From positions 1 to 64,000 of IMG/VR virus record IMGVR_UViG_3300048581_000044: a stretch of 64,000 nt of DNA. One strand, 5' to 3'. Positions 7,610 to 16,272 of the stretch are shown here, piece after piece. This DNA is from a virus. Its lineage: Duplodnaviria; Caudoviricetes. Position 1 is the first letter of the stretch, and each line of letters opens with the position of its first letter. The translations under genes were made by a program, and so were the position numbers. The notes under the pieces were generated by a model. It had not been told where the DNA came from, ran no database searches, and was given only the letters and a program-made list of their open reading frames with translations.

Positions 7610-7902
7610 ACACACCAGCTATTCGCCAGTGCTTGCACAACGCGCGGGCGATTCTCTTAACCGCCTTGATCCTGGAAGCAATCCCAGGCGGCATGTTTTT
7701 CGCCGCGGTCAATTGTATCGCAGAGCGGCTAGATAACGCCCTGCCCGTGCCGGGAGCGCTGATTACAGTCGAGCTGATTTGCCTTTACGTGCTTATCGCG
7801 ATTGCCACAGGCGCCTTGCTCGGCCTAGCGCAGGTTCTTTATCAGCTGAATCGCTTGGTTAGCGAGGCGCCTGAAAGCGAGCAAGACTCACTCTATATAT
7901 AG
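7606..7902 (+). CDS. Two-TM membrane protein
   Basis: Two hydrophobic segments; ATGA overlap with the upstream gene. Confidence 0.6.
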   Translation: MNTPAIRQCLHNARAILLTALILEAIPGGMFFAAVNCIAERLDNALPVPGALITVELICLYVLIAIATGALLGLAQVLYQLNRLVSEAPESEQDSLYI

Positions 7903-7976
7903 GGGCCTGTACAGGCGCCAAAGCCTTGACGCCTAGGCAGGGCAACCGCTACGCTCCTCCCCGGATCGCTCAAGCC

Positions 7977-8009
7977 AAAAGCCTCGCCTCGCCGCGGGGC
8001 TTTTTCTTT
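7977..8009 (+). terminator. Rho-independent terminator
   Basis: AAAAGCCTCGC-loop-GCGGGGCTTTTTCTTT. Confidence 0.75.
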
Positions 8010-8185
8010 GCCCAACCAAAGCCTTAGCAGGCGGCTTGATTTTAATCCTAGCGTTTTGGCCTCAAATCCTAGCGCCGATTTCCCATATTCCCCATTATCA
8101 GAAGCCTGGAATAGAGGCTTAAGCGGGGATTAAGAGCCTAAGCGTTAGGGCTTTGCTCCTAAAGCCGCGATTTCCCATAATCACA

Positions 8186-8311
8186 AGCAAGATTCATGCC
8201 TGTTAGCGATTCGTTCTAGGCATTGGCATGAGTCTTGCATCGCGGTCGGCTGAACAAACTGGCATGAGTCTTGCACGCCGCTAGGGCTTTGATCTTGGCA
8301 TGAGTCTTGCA
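8186..8311. promoter_or_regulatory. Array of four sigma54 (-24/-12) consensus-like boxes
   Basis: TGGCATGAGTCTTGCA at 8224, 8260 and 8296 (exact 36-bp period), plus an inverted AGGCATGAATCTTGCT at 8186-8201. Confidence 0.7.
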
Positions 8312-8350
8312 TGGACTGAGGGGCTGGAAAGCTAGGCGGCTGAAAAGGCA

Positions 8351-9184
8351 TTAAGCCTTATCCACGATCTCCGTGCCATTAAGCGTTAACGCGCCTGTCT
8401 TAGCAGCGTTCCCAATCTCTCGCACCTTGCCGCTGTCTTCCAAAGCCGCCTCGCTTGTCTCATCGGCGATCACCGCTTCGAAGCTCCCCTCAATCGCGGG
8501 GATTCCAGCCGCCGAGACTCCTTTCAGCCCTTTTGTAACGCTCGCAACGGCGCCCGCGACGATTGTGGCAAAAACATCACGCATTGCTTGTGCATTTTCA
8601 TTCTCTTGGTCATTTATGTCCAAAACCTTGCCATATTCTAACGGTGCGGTTGCTTTGAGTTTAAAAATCCCAACATTAGCTTTCACGGAGGTTAATTTTA
8701 CGTCATTTAGCTTCGTTTCGAGGCACAAAACCCTCTTGTTGGCACCAATCTTGCATGATTCGTCAAACTCGGGGTAGCGTGCGCGCCATTTCGTGATGGT
8801 TTCGGCCGTTACGCCAATGTGACCGGCGAATGCGGTTAGGGAATAATCGTTCGCCATGAATTCCGAAACCATGGTGATGTATTCGGGGCGAAAGATCGAG
8901 GGCGCCCCGACCGGGAGGACTGGGGGGAGGATGTAGGTCTTTGCGACGGGGGGTTTTGGTTTGGATTCTTTCGAATCAACCAAGGAAGCTGCGATTTCTT
9001 GAGAGGTTTGGAGGCTTGGCTTAGGGTCGAGCGAAGGAACGACTTGGAGCGGCTTAGGGAAGGTCGAGGGAGGGGGAATCATGGGCGGGAGGGGGTTTAT
9101 CATGGCGAAGGAGAGGATAAGGCGGGAGGTGGGAGGGAGGCAAGAGGGGTTATGTGAGGAGGGGGATGGTTGCAGATTAGACAC
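8351..9184 (-). CDS. terS: Terminase small subunit-like HTH protein with Pro-rich N-terminus
   Basis: GAPSIFRPEY...DYSLTAFAGHIGVTAETITKWRARYPEFDESCKIG resembles TerS HTH domains. Confidence 0.65.
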   Translation of the reverse strand: MSNLQPSPSSHNPSCLPPTSRLILSFAMINPLPPMIPPPSTFPKPLQVVPSLDPKPSLQTSQEIAASLVDSKESKPKPPVAKTYILPPVLPVGAPSIFRPEYITMVSEFMANDYSLTAFAGHIGVTAETITKWRARYPEFDESCKIGANKRVLCLETKLNDVKLTSVKANVGIFKLKATAPLEYGKVLDINDQENENAQAMRDVFATIVAGAVASVTKGLKGVSAAGIPAIEGSFEAVIADETSEAALEDSGKVREIGNAAKTGALTLNGTEIVDKA

Positions 9185-9224
9185 ATGAGGCGCATTGTCA
9201 CATTAAAAAATAAGGGCGAGAGGC

Positions 9225-9253
9225 TTGACTTGAGCGGAGAGGGTAGAGATAGT
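9225..9253 (+). promoter_or_regulatory. Putative sigma70 early promoter
   Basis: TTGACT-17 nt-GATAGT upstream of the early gene block. Confidence 0.45.
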
Positions 9254-9315
9254 GGTTATCACAAAAGAAACACGGCGCCTCGCGTGTTTGACTCAGGGAC
9301 TTAGGATTTAAGGCT

Positions 9316-10083
9316 ATGACGCGGTTTCACAAAACGGACGTTGAGCTGCATTCGGATGGTTATCGGACGGCAAATCCCGCCATTAACGTCAAGGTGCGGA
9401 GGGGATTCGGCCCGGATGTCGCGGTTATTGTCGAGAGGTTTCACTGCGATCACGAGACGGCCGAAAAGGCGTTAGGGTTCGCCTGGGACATGGCGCAAGA
9501 GGCGTTTTGGGAAGATGCGGCAGGTGAAGTAGCGGAGATTTTCCCTAACGCACATATGGAAAGCGAAGGAAGGTCGAGCGGCTGGTTGACTGTTCACGGA
9601 CTGCCGGACGTGGAAAGCTGGAACGCGATTGCAGTTATGCGCTGGGCACGGCTGGTAAAATGGTGCCGCGTGGAGATTGCATGGCTTTGCAGCGCCGAAA
9701 AGGTGTTTGAGGACATCGCAGCGAACGAATGGGCAAAGCCGGGTGCCGAGCTTTATAACTTCGTGGACACGAAAGACGGAAAGACTCAGTGCATTATTAT
9801 GAAAATGCTAGAACACACTCCTGGACCTTGGCGCTATGAACCCAAGTCAGGCACGCTCCGTAGCGAACCCGAAAACTATTGGCTTGCTACGATGGATTCC
9901 TGGGACGGCATGGTGAAGCCGCACAATGAGGCAAACGGGCGTTTGATCGCCGCCGCGCCGGAGCTGCTTGAAGCGCTCCAAAGCATTGAGGCAAACCTTA
10001 CGGGGCGTGATTGCTTTCCTGAACGTGTTGCCGACAGCCTTAGACGCTGCAAAGAAGCGATTGCCAAAGCGACGGGAGTCTGA
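9316..10083 (+). CDS. Hypothetical early protein; C-terminus has the HTPGPW...NGRLIAAAPELLEAL phage module
   Basis: AGGA RBS; recognisable C-terminal module, possibly a fusion. Confidence 0.65.
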   Translation: MTRFHKTDVELHSDGYRTANPAINVKVRRGFGPDVAVIVERFHCDHETAEKALGFAWDMAQEAFWEDAAGEVAEIFPNAHMESEGRSSGWLTVHGLPDVESWNAIAVMRWARLVKWCRVEIAWLCSAEKVFEDIAANEWAKPGAELYNFVDTKDGKTQCIIMKMLEHTPGPWRYEPKSGTLRSEPENYWLATMDSWDGMVKPHNEANGRLIAAAPELLEALQSIEANLTGRDCFPERVADSLRRCKEAIAKATGV

Positions 10084-10087
10084 GGCT

Positions 10088-10264
10088 ATGGCCCGCATCA
10101 TCGACCGAGACATCGCCTTTTATGAAGGCGACAAAGAGGAATGGAAGCGCAAGCTTCGGGAATGTGCGCCGAACCAAGAGCTTGCTTACCAAAGACGCTT
10201 ATATGCGACAGAGCGCGTGGTAATAGCTCTTGAAGCGTACAAAGAAGCACTGAAAACGCTATGA
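10088..10264 (+). CDS. Small hypothetical early protein
   Basis: ATG after GAGG; ATGA overlap with the next gene. Confidence 0.5.
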   Translation: MARIIDRDIAFYEGDKEEWKRKLRECAPNQELAYQRRLYATERVVIALEAYKEALKTL

Positions 10265-10482
10265 CGAATCATCCTCATCGTTCCGCCCGCGTCCCGGCTG
10301 GCACAAGCCTTTATGTCGTCACCACGCCGATTCGTTTCGATCCGTCTGAGCCTTGGCGAGAGGATTCGACCACGATTAGGGCGTTTAATTCGGCCCAGGC
10401 GATTCAGGCGGCAAGGTCGAGGCTTGTGCGGCTGGGGTTTGAGACGGGTTTGAGCGTGACAGCTAAAGGCATTGGGAGTTGA
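10261..10482 (+). CDS. Small hypothetical protein (MTNHPHRS N-terminus)
   Basis: ORF track entry; overlap-coupled. Confidence 0.55.
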   Translation: MTNHPHRSARVPAGTSLYVVTTPIRFDPSEPWREDSTTIRAFNSAQAIQAARSRLVRLGFETGLSVTAKGIGS

Positions 10483-10486
10483 GAAC

Positions 10487-10891
10487 ATGACAAAAGTCTT
10501 ATCTGTCGCCCGTGCCAAAGATCGCGAGGCCATGGCGTTGCTGATCGAAGAAACCGTTAAAGCGCACGGCGGAATCGCGGCACGCGTCGCTGCTGGTCTT
10601 TCTGGCCTGAGGGAGATTCGCTTAGAAATCCGAGCGGCTAACGGGCTGACTTGTGGCCTTGAGCTGGATGGTGACAGCCGCATGGACCACGGCGGGGAGT
10701 TTTGCCTGCCTTGGTTTTTACGAGGCAACGCGCGCATGTCGGATGAATTCGACCGCGTGGCTGGATCGAGCGTCAATCCGTTTCATCGTCAAAAATGTAC
10801 GGCCTTTGCGAATGGCTTTGACGATTTGTTGACAAAGATCGCGGCTGTTTTGGATTGCGTGGCAGCTGGTGAGGCGTTTGAAAAGCTTTAA
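10487..10891 (+). CDS. Hypothetical early protein
   Basis: ATG 10487 after GGAG; 134 aa. Confidence 0.6.
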   Translation: MTKVLSVARAKDREAMALLIEETVKAHGGIAARVAAGLSGLREIRLEIRAANGLTCGLELDGDSRMDHGGEFCLPWFLRGNARMSDEFDRVAGSSVNPFHRQKCTAFANGFDDLLTKIAAVLDCVAAGEAFEKL

Positions 10892-10894
10892 GCT

Positions 10895-11086
10895 ATGGCA
10901 AGCCGTCGCGACTCACTAACTCGCCCTTTGACGCACGTCGTCCAGGTCCCTATGGCGCGCGCTAACGCCGCAACGTATTGGGAAACCGTAGCAGGGTTTC
11001 ATAGCGCAAAGGCCGCAGAAGCATGGCGCGAGAGGCTTAGTGCAGTTAAGGCGAGAGTTTTAACGCTTCCGGCGCCAAGGAGATGA
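10895..11086 (+). CDS. Small hypothetical protein
   Basis: ORF track entry, tightly packed. Confidence 0.5.
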   Translation: MASRRDSLTRPLTHVVQVPMARANAATYWETVAGFHSAKAAEAWRERLSAVKARVLTLPAPRR

Positions 11087-11093
11087 AAAGCGA

Positions 11094-11279
11094 ATGTTTA
11101 AAATCTGGACACGTAGTCCCAAATCTGAAAGCCCAATCGGGAAAGGCTGGCACTATCTGCCCGGACGGCTAGTCGAATTCCAAACACGAGAGGCCGCGGA
11201 GAAGGCGTTGACAGCTTATCGCCATAGAGATTATCTTGACGCGGAGTTTATTGTTAGCGATTTGAAGCCAGAGGATTGA
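11094..11279 (+). CDS. Small hypothetical protein
   Basis: ORF track entry, tightly packed. Confidence 0.5.
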   Translation: MFKIWTRSPKSESPIGKGWHYLPGRLVEFQTREAAEKALTAYRHRDYLDAEFIVSDLKPED

Positions 11280-11310
11280 GAGCGCAATGCTTAAATCCAT
11301 GCTTATCCGC

Positions 11311-11339
11311 TTGACACCCACAGGTACTAGGTCTATATA
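11311..11339 (+). promoter_or_regulatory. Inward sigma70 promoter with its -35 inside the left IR
   Basis: TTGACA-17 nt-TATATA. Confidence 0.7.
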
Positions 11340-11388
11340 GTTGGACATAGGTCGCGCCTCGGACCGCTTCAGGGGCAGAGTGACGAAG

Positions 11389-11688
11389 ATGAAAACTCTC
11401 ACCGACATTAAGCGCCGCATCCAGTTTGGGATCGTTCTTACCTTGGTCGAGAACACCAAGCGCCCAGAACTCAACGGGCAGGCCCGCCGCGTCACCCATA
11501 CCCAGGGGAATGCCTTTACTTGGCGTCTTGTTGGAGCACCGGAAACGGAAGCCCGTAGTTGGACCTACTATGCGCCGGCCAAGACGGTCCGGATTATTGA
11601 CGCTGACACATTCAGTATGGCGTTGACCGATGCTTGGGGCCACGTCACCACCGATAGCGTCACGCTTCGCTTCACTGGGGAGGTCTAA
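11389..11688 (+). CDS. IS passenger gene 1, hypothetical
   Basis: MKTLTDIKRRIQFG...; inside the IRs. Confidence 0.65.
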   Translation: MKTLTDIKRRIQFGIVLTLVENTKRPELNGQARRVTHTQGNAFTWRLVGAPETEARSWTYYAPAKTVRIIDADTFSMALTDAWGHVTTDSVTLRFTGEV

Positions 11689-11691
11689 ACC

Positions 11692-11913
11692 ATGATTAAC
11701 CACCCCAACCGTTCGAAAAAGGCGCGTAATGAACTTGGCGTTTCGAACCTTACCGGCGTACTCAAAGGGTCCTTCCGGTTTGTAAAAAAGTTTCGCTTCC
11801 AAAGCCCTAGCGGTGAAATTGCTACAGTTTTTGCCGCTACTGAGGCTGAGGCCAGGGAGCACGTACCAGACAATTGGGACTTGTGCCGCGTTCGTCCTGA
11901 GCCGGAGGAGTGA
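11692..11913 (+). CDS. IS passenger gene 2, hypothetical (MINHPNRS N-terminus)
   Basis: GGAGG RBS; inside the IRs. Confidence 0.6.
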   Translation: MINHPNRSKKARNELGVSNLTGVLKGSFRFVKKFRFQSPSGEIATVFAATEAEAREHVPDNWDLCRVRPEPEE

Positions 11914-11916
11914 CCG

Positions 11917-12945
11917 ATGGCCCCCGACATTTTCTTGCACGCTTACCTGCCGTTTCCTAAGTCTTTGCCGCAGTTTCAGCGGCTTTTCCCGGACGATGCG
12001 GCATGCGCGACCTACCTTGAGCGCATCCGCTGGGAACACGGCTTTGTCTGTCCGCTGTGTGGAAATGCCGGGGAGCCGTTCCGTTTTGTGGCCCGTCCAG
12101 GTGTCCTGCGCTGCCGGAAATGCCGCCGTGACACGGCGCTGACCGCCGATACCGTCATGGAGCGGACCCGGACGCCGCTTTCGACGTGGTTCTGGGCAGC
12201 GTACTTGGTTGCCAGTCAGACAGCGGGCATGAGCGCCTGCGAATTTCAGCGGCAACTTGGCCTCAAGCGGTACGAGACGGCCTTCCAAATCCTTCACAAG
12301 CTCCGGGCTGGCATGGTCCGCCCCGACGCCGACAAGATCGGCAAGTCGGGGAGCAAGGACCATGTGGAGGTTGACGAAACGTGGATCGGCGGCGCGACCA
12401 AAGGCGAAGGGGCCGGAGTACACCATCAAACCCTGGTCATCGCGGCCATTGAGGTTCGTCAGCGGGAGCCGAAGGAAGGCAGCACCGCCAAGACGCGGCG
12501 CGGTGGTCGTTACGCTGGCAGGCTCAGGCTCCAAGTGGTCGAGAACCGGACGGCTAAGACCTTGTGCGGCTTTGTAGAAGGCGCAGTGCAGCCCGGCTCT
12601 ATGGTCGTCACAGATGGTTGGCGAGCTTACAACGGCCTCTCTGACCTGTACGAGCATCTTGCGGCGGCTGAGGGCGGCGAGGCTGAGGTTGCCGAAGAAT
12701 ACCTCCCTATCGTTCACTTGGTTTTCAGCAACTTGAAGGGCTGGCTTCGCGGCTGTCATCACGGTGTCAGCCCCCAGCACCTTCAAGCCTACCTGAACGA
12801 GTTCACCTTTCGCTTTAACCGGCGCTTCTACCCGTTCAACGCCTTTCGGTCCTTGCTTGGGATCGGTGGCGAGAGCGAGAGCCCGACCTATCGCGAACTT
12901 TACAGCGGGGAGTGGGAACATCCCACGGCTAGCGGTCATGGGTGA
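11917..12945 (+). CDS. IS1595-family DDE transposase with Zn ribbon
   Basis: CPLCG...CRKC, VEVDETWIGG, VVTDGWRAY, HLQAYLNEFTFRFNRR. Confidence 0.93.
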   Translation: MAPDIFLHAYLPFPKSLPQFQRLFPDDAACATYLERIRWEHGFVCPLCGNAGEPFRFVARPGVLRCRKCRRDTALTADTVMERTRTPLSTWFWAAYLVASQTAGMSACEFQRQLGLKRYETAFQILHKLRAGMVRPDADKIGKSGSKDHVEVDETWIGGATKGEGAGVHHQTLVIAAIEVRQREPKEGSTAKTRRGGRYAGRLRLQVVENRTAKTLCGFVEGAVQPGSMVVTDGWRAYNGLSDLYEHLAAAEGGEAEVAEEYLPIVHLVFSNLKGWLRGCHHGVSPQHLQAYLNEFTFRFNRRFYPFNAFRSLLGIGGESESPTYRELYSGEWEHPTASGHG

Positions 12946-12958
12946 TAACCGGATAAGC

Positions 12959-13333
12959 ATGCTTAAATCTTTAGACAAGATAGATTTAGCGCTAGTTACC
13001 GAACGCTTGGAATTCTGGGAACGGCTCAAAGGCCCCAGGCGTGGCGATTTTCTCAGACTCCCAACTGGAGAGCTTGTTGCATTCAATCGCTGGGACGATG
13101 ACCTTGAGGCGATGTTAATTCGGGCGAGAGTTCACCCTGACTGGGTTTTTCATTTGGACGACGTTCCGGTGGGATATGTTGGATCGAATAAGCTTGCGTT
13201 TAACAGCAGCAGCCTTGTAGAGACGGATGAAAAAAAGACAAATCGCTTTTGGATTTTTCATCATGGCAAGCTGAAAGTCGATACGGAGGTTGAGTTTAAG
13301 GCACCATGCCGTGTGTTTGAACTGAAAGATTAA
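12959..13333 (+). CDS. DUF4121-like hypothetical protein; IS target gene restarted from the IR-derived ATG
   Basis: MLKSLDKIDL...GPRRGDF...FWIFHH. The original ATG CTT AAA TC remains at 11287-11297. Confidence 0.6.
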   Translation: MLKSLDKIDLALVTERLEFWERLKGPRRGDFLRLPTGELVAFNRWDDDLEAMLIRARVHPDWVFHLDDVPVGYVGSNKLAFNSSSLVETDEKKTNRFWIFHHGKLKVDTEVEFKAPCRVFELKD

Positions 13334-13432
13334 AAAGGTTGACAAGCTTTAAGCGATGACTTTTTAAGCTCTCATCCCTCACCGCTTAAAACGTGTCAAT
13401 CTCGACACGACCACGGAAAAAGGAATCATGTT

Positions 13433-13717
13433 ATGCCTAAAGGCGTTTTTGATCGAAAGAAAGCAAAGAAAGCGAAAAAGGCCAAGCGCGCTTGCAAGGT
13501 TGCTGCCCACAAGCCGGAAGTTGTCGATGTTGTTCTCCCGCCGACTCCTGCCCCGACTCTCGTTCCTTCGCTCGCAAGCCAGCTCGCTATTCTGTCAGCG
13601 GCTATTACTGAAAACTTGGCGGCTGATTTGGCCAAGCTGCACGCACAGTTTATCGCCGATGCGGCCGCGGTGCGGGCAAAGGCCGAGCGTGAGTTCAAGC
13701 AGGTTTTTGGCGAATAG
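13433..13717 (+). CDS. Lys/Ala-rich hypothetical protein
   Basis: 94-aa ORF with a basic N-terminus. Confidence 0.55.
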   Translation: MPKGVFDRKKAKKAKKAKRACKVAAHKPEVVDVVLPPTPAPTLVPSLASQLAILSAAITENLAADLAKLHAQFIADAAAVRAKAEREFKQVFGE

Positions 13718-13786
13718 CTTTCGCTTGGTAAGCTTTTCAAATGAACAGGAGGCGAGCGGTAGGAGAACTGCCGCGCGTTTTATAAA

Positions 13787-13975
13787 ATGACAACTGGAAA
13801 CACAGGTCCGTTTTTCTGCCGTTTCTGTGGTAGAAAAATCGAAAAAGATACGTTTTTCTGTTCATCCTTGTGCGCACAAAATTTTGGCATAATGGCCGCA
13901 AAGAAAAACCTCTGTACCACCGCAAGCTACGAAATGGCGGTTTATCACGCCAATTTTGCGGATCATTCTTCTTAG
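13787..13975 (+). CDS. Small Zn-finger-like protein
   Basis: CRFC...FCSSLC. Confidence 0.45.
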   Translation: MTTGNTGPFFCRFCGRKIEKDTFFCSSLCAQNFGIMAAKKNLCTTASYEMAVYHANFADHSS

Positions 13976-14294
13976 CCCAAAGCCCATGCCCAAACGCCCT
14001 CGCGTTTTTAAGCTCTTCGCCGAGATGCCTTTGCACTGGGAATCACGAGGCGCTTGTCTGACGCACCCTGCCCTGACACAGCGTTTTCTAGTCGAATGGG
14101 CTGAGGCAGGTCGAAAGCTTTCAGTTATCGCGCTGTTTGATTTAAATAGGCAGATGCTTTTGCCTAATGGCGAGATCGGGGCGGCACCTGGGTTTAAGGT
14201 TCTTCGCGAGAGATTCATACAAGTGGATAAAGGACTAGCCGGGAAACTATGCGCTTCAATCTTGGAAGCTGTTAAAGCGAAGGAAGAGGCTTGA
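13956..14294 (+). CDS. Hypothetical protein
   Basis: ORF track entry in the operon. Confidence 0.5.
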   Translation: MRIILLSPKPMPKRPRVFKLFAEMPLHWESRGACLTHPALTQRFLVEWAEAGRKLSVIALFDLNRQMLLPNGEIGAAPGFKVLRERFIQVDKGLAGKLCASILEAVKAKEEA

Positions 14295-14346
14295 CAGCCA
14301 AAGCGATAGAAGCTATCTCTTTGTCTTAAATGTAAGGTAGAACGCC

Positions 14347-14586
14347 ATGGAACAAACAGAACACACGACAGGCGGCATGAAATCTGCTCTCAAGTATCTT
14401 GAACAAGGCGTAGCCTCGAATGTCGTCTTTTTAGATGACCAGCGAGAACAAAAAGCCGTTAAGGCCAAAGAGCTTGAAACCCCAAAGACTGATTCAGACG
14501 TTTGGGGCTGGCGGTTAGCTTTTGGCTTTTCGATCACCTTCTGGCTTCTTGTCGCTCTCTTTGTCTGTCGCTTTCTTCCTTTTTAA
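14347..14586 (+). CDS. C-terminally anchored membrane protein
   Basis: Hydrophobic C-terminal helix; followed by a terminator-like hairpin at 14593-14629. Confidence 0.55.
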   Translation: MEQTEHTTGGMKSALKYLEQGVASNVVFLDDQREQKAVKAKELETPKTDSDVWGWRLAFGFSITFWLLVALFVCRFLPF

Positions 14587-14656
14587 TCCGCCAAGGCGAT
14601 TCGCTTAGGAAAGAAGCCTTCGCCTTTTTCATCCCTCTAATCGAAAGCTAACGAGG

Positions 14657-15004
14657 ATGCGTAATAGGGACTTTGAAGACAATGGCCGCAATAGCGAACC
14701 GGATGACTTCCTTCCGCCCAATCCTGAAAAGCTAACTGCTCACGACCGAGCGGATGAGCTGCTTAGGCAGGAGGAAGAAAGCCGGGCGCGCTGGGAACGG
14801 GCCATGAGCGAGAAATGGGAACGCTTTCGCTATGAAAAGCGTTATAGCGTGGAAGCTGCAAAGCTGATCGCTAGTTGCCGGAGGGCGGCTAAGGAGCAGA
14901 ATGAAAAACTGATGCTCGCAGTAATGACACGGCTGTCGTTTGTCCTTTATAAGAACTGCCGGGGGATTTTTATGGAGCGGCGGGATGGGAGGGCTGAGGC
15001 ATGA
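14657..15004 (+). CDS. Hypothetical protein
   Basis: GAGG RBS; ATGA overlap. Confidence 0.55.
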   Translation: MRNRDFEDNGRNSEPDDFLPPNPEKLTAHDRADELLRQEEESRARWERAMSEKWERFRYEKRYSVEAAKLIASCRRAAKEQNEKLMLAVMTRLSFVLYKNCRGIFMERRDGRAEA

Positions 15005-15381
15005 GCGATAAGCTGGACGACCTTCACGACCTTCTGCTTTTAAATGTAGCAGAAAACGAAAGGTATGAGGAGGCAAAGGCGCTTAAGCTTGTAAAGGCTA
15101 TTAGTACGCTTAACTTCGCACCCCAAGCCGAAGAGCCTGCCTCAGTCATCACAAAGGACATTGAAACGGTTCATATCGTACTCAAGCGTGTAAATGGGCA
15201 TTTTGAGCCAATGGCACCCGTGATTGAATCCTTCCCGACGCCAGAAGCCGCCTCGACTCATAGAAGCCTGCTTGCCAAGCGGCACCAAGGCCAGACGTTC
15301 GCGGTGTTCGCGCTGGTGCAGCAGGAGACTTATCAGCCGATTGCGGTTGTTGAGACGGTGAAGGCTGGGGGAGAGTGTTAG
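15001..15381 (+). CDS. Hypothetical protein
   Basis: ORF track entry, coupled. Confidence 0.55.
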   Translation: MSDKLDDLHDLLLLNVAENERYEEAKALKLVKAISTLNFAPQAEEPASVITKDIETVHIVLKRVNGHFEPMAPVIESFPTPEAASTHRSLLAKRHQGQTFAVFALVQQETYQPIAVVETVKAGGEC

Positions 15382-15521
15382 AGCGTGGCCCGTTTCTCTC
15401 ACGACCATCGTATTCGCCTTGCTGATATCTGCCTGACAGTCATGGTGATCTTGCTTGTTGTCATTGCTGTCGGCGGTTATATGACGGCATGGCTTGATCA
15501 TTTGAGATAAGGAAGCCTATC

Positions 15522-16007
15522 GTGACTATCGAAAACTTTGAAGAAGGCGATATTTTTCACTGGCGCTGGAAAGACGAAACACGCCATTACAGTTCAGGCG
15601 TCTCTACGGCTTATTGGTGCAAGTCACGGATCGCTATTTTCAGTAGGGGTTCTCTTTGTGACACCTATTGGGGCAGTGAGGCAGAACACCCGCTCGACCT
15701 TACTGAGGTTGAGTTGGAGTTTAAAGGAAACGCTAATGAGATGAAGCGTATCCAGGCATGGGAAAAGGACTGGTATCGTTCTGAAGACATCGTGAACATG
15801 AATCATTCCAACAACTCAAATGCTCCAGTTTATTTAAAAACAGGCGCAACGCGTGACGCACAGACTATGAGAGATCATTTCGCTTACAAGATCGAACGCG
15901 CTGAAAGTGAAGCGCGCTGGGCAGTGGAGAAGGTTGAAAAATACCGTGCTGCATTAGCTGCGGTAGATCGCGGTGAGCTTGACGGTAATTTTCCAAGCTA
16001 TTCTTAA
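15522..16007 (+). CDS. Hypothetical phage protein
   Basis: 161-aa ORF after AGGAAG. Confidence 0.6.
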   Translation: MTIENFEEGDIFHWRWKDETRHYSSGVSTAYWCKSRIAIFSRGSLCDTYWGSEAEHPLDLTEVELEFKGNANEMKRIQAWEKDWYRSEDIVNMNHSNNSNAPVYLKTGATRDAQTMRDHFAYKIERAESEARWAVEKVEKYRAALAAVDRGELDGNFPSYS

Positions 16008-16026
16008 GAAGGAAAGGGTTTTACGT

Positions 16027-16272
16027 ATGTATGCTATCAGCCGTTCCTCCACCCGTTGTATCGACGGCCGCCTCATGCGCCACGATCCTCAGCCTGACGA
16101 TCCTTATCTCGAAACCGACATCGGCCAATGCCCCGACTGCAACGGCAAGGGCTGTTACCCGCCCTGCCCTGAGTGTGAAGACGGCGGCTGGGTTTTGACG
16201 CACAGCGAACACCCTCCAGCTTTTGAAGTCTGCCCAAGCTGCGGGAATCCACACAACAACCCTTGTCCTTAG
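16027..16272 (+). CDS. Small Cys-rich Zn-binding protein
   Basis: CPDC, CPEC and CPSC motifs. Confidence 0.55.
   Translation: MYAISRSSTRCIDGRLMRHDPQPDDPYLETDIGQCPDCNGKGCYPPCPECEDGGWVLTHSEHPPAFEVCPSCGNPHNNPCP

Larger units (their letters stand above)
11298..12961 (+). mobile_element. IS1595-family transposon carrying two passenger genes
   Basis: Left IR CATGCTTATCCGCTTGACACCCA (11298-11320) and right IR TGGGTGATAACCGGATAAGCATG (12939-12961) match at 20/23. The 8-bp duplication CTTAAATC lies at 11290-11297 and 12962-12969. Confidence 0.93.

Noticed and set aside
7075-7638. Alternative-frame ORFs (Gln/Leu-, Cys/Pro- and Ala/Gln-rich) over the Ala-Trp repeat
   Set aside because: These are shadow frames created by a stop-free tandem repeat.
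7926-8009. Small RNA with an anti-Shine-Dalgarno CTCCTCCCC motif (cuckoo-like)
   Set aside because: There is a single copy with no repeated hairpin modules, and the nearby TTGACG-18-TACGCT promoter would start transcription past most of the motif.
8224-8311. Mini CRISPR array
   Set aside because: The 16-bp repeat and 20-nt spacers are too short, there are only three units, and there is no cas locus. The 30187-31248 nuclease is an ordinary phage PD-(D/E)XK enzyme.
11254-13086. 610-aa antisense ORF across the IS
   Set aside because: It is a shadow of GC-rich transposase codons, crosses both IS ends and has no recognisable motifs.
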